Under the pieces are notes generated by a model, which made no database searches, was not told the origin of the DNA, and saw only the letters and a list, made by a program, of their open reading frames with translations. Position numbers and translations under genes: made by a program. Positions 14,301-26,300 of a DNA stretch of 64,000 nucleotides are shown here, piece after piece. The stretch's first letter is position 1. Each line of letters starts with the position of its first letter. Origin of the DNA: Podarcis tiliguerta (taxonomy: Eukaryota); NCBI GenBank assembly GCA_965153285.1, contig OZ229111.1. One strand, given 5' to 3'.

Positions 14301-17300
14301 GCCCAGTAGGGGAGAGAGGCATAGATGGTCCACCAGGGCCAATGGTAAGGAGCACATGGGAGTTGATAAAAAACTAGCACATGTTTTGTTAAGAAACAGA
14401 GTTTTCCATTGCACCTCTTTTAAACACTACAGGGAGAACCAGGAAGTCCTGGCCCAGTAGGGGAGAGAGGCATAGATGGTCTACCAGGGCCAATGGTAAG
14501 GAGCACATGGGAGTTGATAAAAAACTAGCACATGTTTTGTTAAGAAACAGAGTTTTCCATTGCACCTTTTTTTAAAACACTACAGGGAGAACCAGGAAGT
14601 CCTGGCCCAGTAGGGGAGAGAGGCATAAATGGTCTACCAGGGCCAATGGTAAGGAGCACATGGGAGTTGATAAAAGACTAGCACATGTCTTGTTAAGAAA
14701 CAGAGTTTTCCATTGCACCTTTTTTAAAACACTATAGGGAGAACCAGGAAGTCCTGGCCCAGTAGGGGAGAGAGGCATAGATGGTCTACCAGGGGCAAAG
14801 GTAAGCAGAGCATGGGAAAGAATGCTAAGATTAGCACAATCCATACTTAGATACTTAGAGTTTCCTATTGCACCTCTTTCAAATAATACAGGGAGAACCA
14901 GGAAACATTGGCCCTGTGGGAAAAAGAGGCGTGAGTGGTCTACCAGGGCCAAAGGTGGGTATTACATGGGAAAGGATAACAAGATCCTAAGCACATAGCC
15001 TGCTAAGAAACCAAGTTTTTCCATTCTCCCTCTTTCAAAATTGACAGGGAAACCGGGGAAGCATTGGCCCAACAGGGGAGAGAGGCCTGGATGGGCTACC
15101 AGGGCCAAAGGTAAGCAGTGCATGGGAATGACGGCTAAGATTTAGCACATGCCCTGCTTGAAAACTTAAAGTCTTCCATTGCACCTCTTTCAAACACTAC
15201 AGGGAAATCCAGGAAGCATTGGTCAGACTGGGGAAAAAGGCATAAAAGGGCAACCAGGAGCAAGGGTAAGCAGCACATCAGAAAATATACTAAGACTTGA
15301 TGATACCTGCTCAGAAACTGAGAGTTCCATTGCCCTTCCTTAAACACCACAGGGAAAACGAGGAAGCGCTGGCTCAGTGGGAGAGAGAGGCATAGATGGG
15401 CTACCAGGGCCTAAGGTAAGCAGTGCATGGAGAAGAATGCTAAGATTAGCCTATGCCCTGCTTACCAACTGAGAGTTTTCCACTGCATCTCTTTCGAACA
15501 TTATAGGGAGAACCCGGAAGCATTGGCCCAATGGGAGAGAAAGGCTTAGATGGTCTAGCAGGGCCGAAGGTAAGCAGAGCACGGGAAAGATTGTAAGGTT
15601 GTTTAGTTCATTTAAGTTTATGTATATGGCACCTTTGCACAGTGAGCTGTTCCTAAAGCAGCTTACAACAAATTCCCTTTTTCCTATTAAACTGCAAAAC
15701 ATTGATTGGGGAGAAAGCAGTTTTGTAAAGACAACAACAATTCAGCAACAAACGTAGAATATACTGTCTTCAATATTACAAAAATATAATCTAGACCTAA
15801 CGCCTTAGAGCAAAATGAAAGTTAACGGACAATAAATACAGTACAGCAGAAGAATGGTCTTTTAACTAGATGGTTCACATCTGGCTTCCTCATCTGTCCT
15901 CCAGAGGAGGCTGACAGAAACAGAGGGCAGTGCTGAGGATGGCAGTGGTGGTGACTCTTCTTACCCAGCCTCCCAGATGTCCAGCTGCTTGTACTGGTCT
16001 TATTGCCCTGCTTAAAAATTGAGAATTTTCCATTTCACGTCTTTCAAACATTGCAGGGTGAACCAGGAAGCCCTGGTCCAATAGGAGAGAAAGGCATAGA
16101 TGGTCTACCAGGGCCAAAGGTAAGCAACGCATGGGAAAGGATAGTAAGATTAGAGCATGCCCTGATTAGAAACTGCGTTTTCCATTGCACCTCCTTTAAA
16201 TATTACAGGGAGAACCAGGAGGCAATGGCTCAGTAGGAGACAAATGCATTGATGGGCTACCAGGGCCAAAGGTAAGCAGCATATGGAAAAGGATAGTGAG
16301 GTTAGGCATCATTCATATCAATGCAAGCATATCTGCTTGCTTAACAAAACAATCTCCCCTCTCCTACCCTCTCCCCACTGATCTGGGGGTTCTCCCACCC
16401 ACTCCAGCCAATGGCAGGGCACAGGGGGAGGAGAGGGAAGGAAATTGTGCTAGTAGAATGCCTTGTGCGGGCTTCTGCTAGCAGAATCTGGATCCAGCCC
16501 TGGAACTTTTCCATTGCACCTCTTTCAAACATTTCAGGGAGAACCCGGAAGCCCTGGCCCGACAGGAGAAAAAGGCACAGATGGTCTACCAGGGCCAAAG
16601 GTAAGTGGCGCATGGGAAAGAATAGTAAGACTAGCACCTGGCCTGCTTAGAAACTGAGAGTTGTCCATTGCACCTCTCTCAAACTTTACAGGGAGACCCA
16701 GGAAGTGTTGGCCCAACAGGAGAGAAAGGCACAGGTGGCCTTCCAGGGCCAAAGGTAAGTATCACATTGGAAAGGATAGTGAGACTAGCACCTGGCCTGC
16801 TTAGAAACTGAGAGTGTTCCATTCCACCTCCTTCAAACATTACAGGGAGAACCAGGAAGTGTTGGCCCAATAGGAGTGAATGGAATAAATGGTCTGCCAG
16901 GGCCAAAGGTAAGTATCAAATGGGAAGGATAGTAAGGTCTGGATATGAACATGCAAAATGCTTCATTCGCAATGAAATTGCAACTTGCATTTACAGCAGC
17001 ATCCCCTCACATCTAATGGGATGTTTCACTGCCATGCTCTCCAACATTCAGGAGCAGCTTATCAGATGTTTGAAGAAAACTTTTGTAGCTGAAAAAGTCC
17101 ACATGTAGAAGACTTCCCTTGGATCATAGCCCAAGACTAGTATTAACCCTGCTTGGTAACAGAGAGCAAAATGAACTATGGTAATCAAATGTATGCATCA
17201 AAACACAGGTGGTCATTTTTGTTTCAGGATGATGACCATTTTGGATCAGAGCGATGTTGGGAGGGTCCTGCTTAATCTGCCCCCCAACTGCTTCTTTTCT

Positions 17301-20300
17301 TATGTAACTCCTTCCCCTCCCAAGCCTCTTCCTTTCCATATGATTCTCGGTGTATGTTTTACTTTTGGAACACGCACAAGACATGAATGGTGCAGAGCAG
17401 GGTATTTGCATGCTTACTGTGAAATGGTGAGGTCCGGGTTCACATGAAATTCCGTTTCATGTTGAATTGGTGAGACAGCTTGAGCCCTTTTGTCTATGTG
17501 ATGGTGAATGCTGAAAAGCAGGGCAGCTAGTGTGGTTTAAAGAGCTGTATGCACTTGGATTTCCACATGGGAGGATGGCGATGGAATGAGCTTTGGCTGG
17601 TATTGGCACATAGCTATCAGAAATTGCTAGTGTGCTCGCAGGGCTTCTGGTGCTGCACATCCAACTTCCCATACCTAGTGACCTCAAACCCTGGCTCTTT
17701 GAACGTTTTATCCTGCACTTATGGAGCTCTGTCCTCCACACCAGGCACCATTAAATTAGAACAAAAACTGCCAGATTAAGGCAAATTGAGATAGAACGTT
17801 CATTTTCTCTGCTAATACAGGATAAAAAACAATACTGCATTAATTTTTTATGAAATAAAATGTAGAATCATTCTAACATAAAGACATGCAGAGTAAAAAA
17901 AACACACACAAACACGAATCTGCTAATTAATTTAATGCATAGTAATTCAATAATTTGATTACCAGTACAGGAAATGACAACAGAGTGTACAAATTTTAAA
18001 AGTCCCTACAGCAAACGACATTATTTCATAGATGGCATGTTTATTTGCTCTGGTAACAGGAAGAAGCAAATAGGTTAGTTTGGAAATACTGTATCATGAA
18101 ATCAGGATGGAATGTAAAATAGCATAAGTACATTTGTTTCGCATGATCAGCATAACATTAGCCCAAGGAAAATAGAGAACTGAAATATTTTCAAGAGTTG
18201 GGAGTCCTTTTCCAAAAAATAAAAGAGAAGAAGAGGAGTTTGGATTTGATATCCTGCTTTATTACTACCCTAAGGAGTCTCAAAGCAGCTCACAATCTCC
18301 TTTTCCCTTCCTCCCCCACAACAAGCACACTCTGTGAGGTGAGTGGGGCTGAGAGACTTCAGAGAAGTGTAACTAGCCCAAAGTCACCCAACAGCTGCAT
18401 GTGGAGGAGTGGGGACACGAACCCGGTTCACCAGATTACGAGTCCACCGCTCTTAACCACTACACCACACTGTATCTGTAATCAGCCTCTTCTAGGGCAT
18501 TGTATCATATGAGCTGCAGGTTTCTTTATTACCTGAAAATTTTCTGATCCATGGGTCACCAATGCAGTGTCCAACATAGAGGGATTTTTGTGGGGAGGAT
18601 CTTTCTGGAGATTACAGCTGGGGTGCTCTTGCTTCCACTGCCCACCCCCAAAAAATAGGCTTGGAGGAAAAAAAATTGAAATTTCTTCAGATTGCAACTG
18701 TGCCCACAAACCCAAAAGGGGTGGTGACCCCTATTCTATTCTGAATGTCAGGCTCAAAGCAAAATGAAGACCTATAGATGAAATATAAATAAATCATAAT
18801 CTCCATTTAAGAAGGATGCCCAGTCTAGACTTGAGTTAAAAGTGTATTTGCATTTAACCTGCAAGTTTTTTGCAATGCAAATTGCTTCGGGGGGGGGGGG
18901 GTTGTTGATAATTAGTAATGTCAGAGCTAATATGGAGAAAGAATCTAACCCTTTCTTCCTCTGCTGAGGGGCTGAGGAAATCGCCTCTGATAATCCCTAT
19001 TTGATTCATAGAATCCTAGAACTGTAGAGTTGGAAGGGACCCTAAGGATCATCTAGTCCAACCCCCTGCAATGCAGGAATATGCAACTGTCCCATACAGG
19101 GATCGCACTTGCAAACTTGGCGTTATCAGCACCAGGCTCTAACCAACTGAGCTCCTTTGAAATAAAATACCAGATACAGAAGAGGATTGTTTTCCCTGGA
19201 CCACAGCAGAATTAAATTCCCTCTCCATATTGCCTCTGGTAATTATCCTGGCCACCAAGCAATTACAATTTGCATTCTTAAAAACCTGCCATGATGCACA
19301 CAAAACTGCATTACTGTAGGAACAGCAGGTCTCATTTAAGCCTCCTACTTTTTCAGTCTTCCAGGAAAGAAGATAGGTGTGATATGAAATGATAAAACAG
19401 TAAACTGGCCAGCTGCATTGAGCTAGATGCCCCTGACATATGACCATAATGGTGATACCTTTCTTGCTTTCTGAAGCACCCACCCAGCTGAACTTAATAG
19501 CTTTTCCCCACTAAAGGAGGAAGTGGAGCAAGCCAGCAGAGGGGACAAAAATGTATGGCTTGAACCAGTGCAACGTTCATTGGTATGCTTCTCTGTTCAA
19601 TCAGTTAGGAAGATGGGAAAAGAGTGTTCTTTTAATTGCCTCTTTGGTCATTCCAAGATAAAATATTTTAGAACTGATTATGTAATTTTTCATGAGTCTT
19701 CTTCTTGAAGAAAGGGAAACATTTGTTTATGCTATGTCCATTTAGACAAGTTGTTAATCCTTTAGAGCTAATCTGTATTTCATGAAGTCTGCATCAAATT
19801 TACCTTCCTCTTTATTAGGTTATAGCTCTTTTTATGCTGGAAAAACTGAAGAACGTAGTGTTTCAGAATACCTACAGTAAATGTGGCAACTATCTTAATT
19901 TATAAAGATTTGACGTGCTAGAGTGTCTTTTTGCTACTTGCCATGTTAATTTTTCATAAACTACAGAGATTACAAAAAGAAATATTTGACAGTGTAAACA
20001 ATGCAAGCACAAAATACAATATGTGAAAGCAAAAGTATAATCGTGACATGATTAGGTTTATATGCCAGGCTAATTTCTTGTTCAAAAGTTAGTTGGTTTT
20101 GCAGCAGTGTGGTGTGCATATTGTTACACTAAAACCTGCAGGGCGGTTTTATTATCTTGTATCTGATTTGGCTGATTTGTTTTGCAGCTGGATTGTGTGA
20201 AGGTCTTTTAAGCCTGCTATTGCTTATGCTGTGCTCCTCAAGACACATAGATATGTGACGTATCTTGTCTCTGAATCAATATTTTAGAGTAACAAACATT

Positions 20301-23300
20301 TATTTTCAGGGTGAACCTGGTGAAAGAGGAGCAGATGGACACATTGGGCCAAGGGTATGAATTACTTTTGTTCTTTCCTTAGCTTGCTAAAATAAACACT
20401 CAAGCTGAAATAAACATACACTGTGAGATTTGTGGAAGATAAATTAACTATGGTTCCATCATTTAACTCAAAGGGGATTTACTACTGAGTAGACATACAT
20501 AGAGAATTGCACTGTTTGGCTGCAGCCCTATAGCTGCTTCCCTTTGAATAAGCTCCTTTCGAAACTGACTTCTTATTTACTTCTGAGTAGACAAGCATAG
20601 GATTGTTGTGCTAAAGCATAGAGGAACAAAAATATTTTCATAGCTCATGACATTGAGAGCGTGCTTGGAGGATTTCCCTGGTGGAGGAATTCCATAGTTG
20701 TGTTGCTACTACTGCAAAAGCATCTGCCAAGGTTATCTTAACTAATGATGGCTCTAAGAGCAGGACCTCCAGTACCCAGTGGGCCTTAATGGGACTGTCA
20801 CAGCATAGGTGGTTTATTCCACTTTCATCCAGTGAACAGTTATTATCTAGACTGTAGCAATTAAAGCACCGTATTTAAGTATGAAACTAGAATTTACTGT
20901 GACTTCTTAATAGCATGTGAAAAGCAGAAAATTATTTCTATTCCCATAAAGTTTACAATTACCTTTTCTTTTCTTTGTAGGGTCCTCCAGGCCTGAAAGG
21001 AGAACAGGGTGATACAGTAGTAATTGACTACGATGGTAGAATCTTGGAAGCTCTCAAGGTAACCTTTATGATAATAACGTGATAATTATACAATTTGCTT
21101 CAACATGAAGTGGCACTAAATTTTAGTAACATTAGAAGAGCCCTGATACATCAGACCAAAGGGTGATTTGGCTCAGTGTCCTGTTTCCCACCTTTGGAAA
21201 GCCTACAAAGAAGGACATGATGGCAAGATTGATAGAATCAAAAGTCCAACATACAAGCCAGTTTGAGGAATTTGGGCATGGTCCACAGAAGCCATAGCAA
21301 AATGTCCATGTTGCCAGAGCTTTTTGCTACAACTCCACCACCAAATCTGTCATCAAAAGCAAGGGGCAATCAAGGGCAAAGGACCTTGAAAGAGAAATGT
21401 TATGACAAGGCAACAATGTCTGGATGCTCTGGAAGGAAGTGAGAGTCAAATGTGGAATCCTTTATACAGTTCATGCTAGGCTAGTGCAATAATTTGTGCC
21501 TATAGTGGTATCTATGTTGTTTCTGAATAGGCCAAAAGCAGCTAAGCTATTCAGTGTGGTGACCATCAAAACTGTTTTTAGAAACCACTAGAAACAGCTG
21601 TAGGCAAATTCAGGCACATCTGGTGGAAGTGACTCACAAATGAAATAAGCAGCTCTTTGTTACTTAGCGGGTTGTAACTTCCATAATGACTGCAAGGAGA
21701 CTGATTGGGGTAGAATTTCAGTTTGTCCTTTCAGATCAAATGGGGGGGGGGGTTATATAATAATGTTCTCAACAATAAAAAATGTTTAGATGATGGTCTT
21801 TTCAATTGGAAAAGTATTTGAATAGCATAAATATTTAATTCTTAATACATTTGAAAATTATTCTAACTGTTTTATAACAGGCTGCAGGGAAACTCAGATT
21901 GACGGTAAAATTGTTATGTGCCAGATGCCTGTGTGGATTTGTTTTTTTTAATGGCTTAGCATGTGGCTTTTCTGCTTTAGATTTTTTGATCATGGTCCTC
22001 AGAAATTTTCTACCAAACATTTGATTTCTGTTAACAAAATAATGACATAACCCCTTAGGTTGAATCATTGGCAGCATGATGTCAGACACAGTGATAATCA
22101 AGTAATGAATGTGTTTAATTGCTTTGTTTCATAGTTTCTGGCTTGCTTCTTTAAAATTGCATTAGGCATTATTTTGAAAATATACTTCACATTTCATATT
22201 GAAATCAGTGGGATTTAAGAGTGCTTACGTTTGGCTCACTACTCCCATCATCATTACATTAAGATGACAGAACTCCCAAGGGGAGATGTCCTCTGTCCTA
22301 GCAAGGTGTTGCTCTAGAAATCTGCAAGGGAAACTGTAGCTGTGCTCTGATGGTTGAGAATTCTGAAGACTCCTTTGGAGACAGGCAGAAAAAGCAGCAG
22401 GGGGTCATAGAGCCACTGCCCACCTTTCTCTATTGTTTCTGATCATCCCCTTCCCAGCCTCTTGGGGAAATTATCTACTTTATGGAAGATGGACTTAAGT
22501 TAGAAACTAAATGACCCGCTAACCATAGATTTTGTTGCCAGTTGTTTTTCATCTCTGTTAATTCAAAATGTTTGTATTAACAGCAGTTAACAGATAATTT
22601 GCTGTCTTTTGTTCCAGGGCCCACCAGGTCCCCAAGGGCCCCCAGGCCCCCAAGGAGCTCCAGGACCAAAGGTTGGGTTTTACTCCCTTTTACATAAAAT
22701 GTATTTTGTTCTGTACTGTACTCAGTACCTGCTTGGCAACACTCAGCTTGGTTTATATGTGAATCTTCTGTTCATGACATATCCCCTTGGATAACTTTGG
22801 GGGAGTCAGAGTGGTGGGTAATGTGTTCAAAGTTTCAAAATTAGCAAAGGGAGAAGAATTTTAACAAGTGTCTATAAACACTTGTTTGTGGGCCCAGGCA
22901 TAGTGAGACCATGGTGCAGATGGCAAAGGAAGCAAGAGGCCACAATTTTATTGGTTCCAGACAAAACAGTGTTGCCAATGGCATTGGGCATGAATTGAAT
23001 GATCAAATAGCCCACATGCTGGCTGAAGATCCTCTAGTTTAATCTCTGTTTGGAAAGTTTGTTGAAAAGTCACCAGGTCACAAGCGGTATAGGGCTTTGT
23101 CTCGGCTTAAATAAATTTGACACTTCCCTTGAAATATGTAACATTAATCATGCACCTTTAAAATATTGAGTACTGCAATATATAGTTATTTGGTGGAGGC
23201 GGAAAAGATTTTTATTGGTTAGATTCATGATGCGGCCATTGCTCTGATTTATCCCTTTTTTTGTTCCAGGGGGAACTTGGATTGCCTGGCCCACCTGGAG

Positions 23301-26300
23301 TTGATGGAGAGAAGGTGTGGGGGGCATTATTAATAAATTTGTATTCAATTGTGTGACTAAAGTTCTGTAATAGGCTGAAGCTACCTATTAAATGTTTAAG
23401 AGTTACTAAAGTGGTTGGAATGCATGCAGTCTTCAGAAGCAAATATAAGCAAACAGCAAACTCTTCATCCTGCAGTTTTCCCAACCATTCCATATTCTTG
23501 GAATATGGACAACCTACTTGACAATCTACTAATTTTTAATCTGCATGGCATGTGGGGTGTGTGTATGTGTGTGTGTGTGAGGAATACAGAGACAATAATT
23601 GTAAATATATATATATTAATTGCAATGGTTTTAATTTTGATATGATTTGGTCTCTGTGAGGTTCACACCTGATTGTCATTTCCCAAATAAAGTATTCAAG
23701 CAACCGCAACTAAAGCTCTCCTCCACCCTCCAATCATTCCTGAGCACAGAGAGGGAAGGCAGTGCCATTATCCTATGTTGCATCTTTCCATCCGAGTCTT
23801 TATTAAGCACCCCTCCACGATACATGATCAAATTATTGCAGTCAGTAATTTAATTTACATCTAATTCAAAATAAATACTTAAGATTGTTGTGTGCAGGAT
23901 GAGTGTGTGCATGTCCGAATCTTTATTGAAGTTTCCTGTGCTTTGAAGTGGTCACATCCACGTGATCTATTAAATTCCATTCCACTTCTTAATCAGTGTT
24001 TGATTGTCAGCCATTCCTCTAACACAATCAAAATAAAAAATATTGCAACAGAGTAACACTGGAAAATAATAAATACTATTAATTAAAACCCAATTATCTT
24101 ACATTCCACCCCCCCCCCCCCTTTAAATTACAGGGTCCTAAAGGTTCGAAAGGAGACCAAGGAAGCTCCGGACTCATAGGACAAAAAGGAGAGAAAGGAG
24201 ATGTTGGCCTGAGTGGTCTCCCAGTATGTCTGTTTTCAATATCTATTACTAAATACTGTTTTCACAGATACAGTTGTTTGGTATACAAGGTGCATTACAC
24301 ACACACACTATGGGAAATGGGTGTGTAAGTGCATGGTATAGCGTCTCTGATAATCTGAGGGGTGGGGAGATCCCTGAAGGAATTCATAAAGCTGCTTGGA
24401 AAACAAGGTTAGATTCCTACATAGAGCCTCCTCACAGAGGCTCCCTGAGAAAGTCATGGTCCACACTTTAAAGAGATCAGTAGGCCCTTTTTTGGCTGGA
24501 GCCTGGAATGGCCACTTTGCCCTCAGTCAGGGTGGCATCAGCTGCTGCAGTTCTCAGCATCTGTTCACTAGCAGGATTTGTGTCCAGCCTGTCTCCTCTT
24601 TCTGTTCTATTTTGGCTCCCCAGGTTTTTGCACATCCCACTAACTCAGCTAGTATCTGGACAAGATGTGCAATCTGATAGGTAACAAGCAGCCTGAGGGT
24701 TCTTTTCTTTTCTTTTTAAAGTTCCTGTGACTTCTTTTGGCAAAACAACTCCCTCCCCTCAAATTCTATCCTTCAGTTTAAAAATCTGCATTTGTGTTTA
24801 TGGGTGGTGTTCAACTAAGGTTTAAGGTTCAACTAAGGAGACCCATTGAAATTATGGAACATGGCTGAGTTAGGTCCATTCATTTCATTGGTTATGCTCT
24901 CGTAAAATACCACCCTCTGTGTTCCCAGCATTCTTTCTATGGCTGCATCTGCACACATAATGGAAAAGGGTATTTGTTAGGGGACTGGGGTGATAGATGT
25001 AGGTTGTTATTTGAGCAATTACATTTCCAAGTAACAGTAAGGGACTCTGTTGTCCACTTGTCTGCAGTGAGTATCAGATCTTTTAATAAAAGAGCTTTCT
25101 GGTGCTTCCATTCAGCACCTACCGTTTACATATGTTTTGTGGGCTGACAGATGTTTTCTAGCAGGCTGTATTAGGAAATTATTAATTTTAGCTTATAGAA
25201 ACTTGTTAAAGGAAAGTGCCTGTCAGTATATGTGTATAATACTGACCTGATTTTCCCTTGCCAAGTCTGCCAACCCCTTTTCAGAGTTCGCAGACTACTG
25301 AATATGGAGGGCTACTTTGGGTGGGCATGTGCAGAATGTGTGTGTTCATAACTCTGAATCTATCTGGTGATGAGGGGGGGAAACATGCTTTTCCCTTACA
25401 TTGTAGGGTCCGAAAGGATTGAAAGGAGACCAAGGAAACCCTGGAATAGCGGGAGAGAGAGGCGAGACAGGAGAAATGGGCTTGTCTGGTCCACCGGTAT
25501 GTCTGTCTTCAACATAATTCAGGACTAGACGGTTGTCATAGATGCTAATTACCAGAAAAAAGTTAATTTTCACTTGTGTGTATTATATATCAGGGGCTTA
25601 AGAGCATAAGCATAAGAAAGAGAAACATAAGCCTCGCTCGATCAGGCCAAAGGCCCATCTAAGTCCAGACTCCAGCATCCTGTTCTCTGAGTGTCCAGCT
25701 CAATTCCACTTGTGAATCTCTTCGCCTCACACTGCCTCTGACAGTGGAGGAAGAGCATAGATACACTAGCTAGTAGCAGTTGATAGCTGTTTCCTCCATA
25801 TGTTGTTCTACTCATATTTTAAAGCCATTTGAGTTAGTGGCCATCACTGCCTCTTGTGGGAGCAATTACCATGTGTTATCTGTGCGTTGCGTGAAAAAGT
25901 GCAGCACAATTCAACCCACACAGACTTCTATAAATGTGTCTTCAGAGGTTTTTAAAAGACTAGCAGTTATTAAACCAGCTCCCTGGGGTTCCAAAAGCAT
26001 GGAAGAGAGTCTTTTCTCCGTTACCTGACACTCTAATGGCTCTTGCCTCCAAAGCCAATGCTTTGGCAAGCTCAGGCAGGTACAGGTGACTCTTTAGATA
26101 ACACTGCCTCTTAATCATTTGAGGCTTTATTCATATGCTAGCAGGATGGGAACTGCTTTTCTGCAGTGTTCTGAACCTGAATCCTGGAGTCAAATTAGAG
26201 AGGTGAATTGTTTTGAGTCCTTCCTGGGAGTGAGGGTTGTGATTGGGTCGGAAGGAGCCATGTGACTGGCCTCACAGACATGGGTTGCAGGTGCATAGAC

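Noticed and set aside
13051-16952. Many minus-strand ORFs (LTFGPGRPS..., LALVDHL...) and a CRISPR-like repeat/spacer look
   Set aside because: The ORFs are antisense shadows of the repeated collagen exons. The 'spacers' are homologous GT-AG introns rather than unique sequences, the DNA is eukaryotic, and there are no cas genes.
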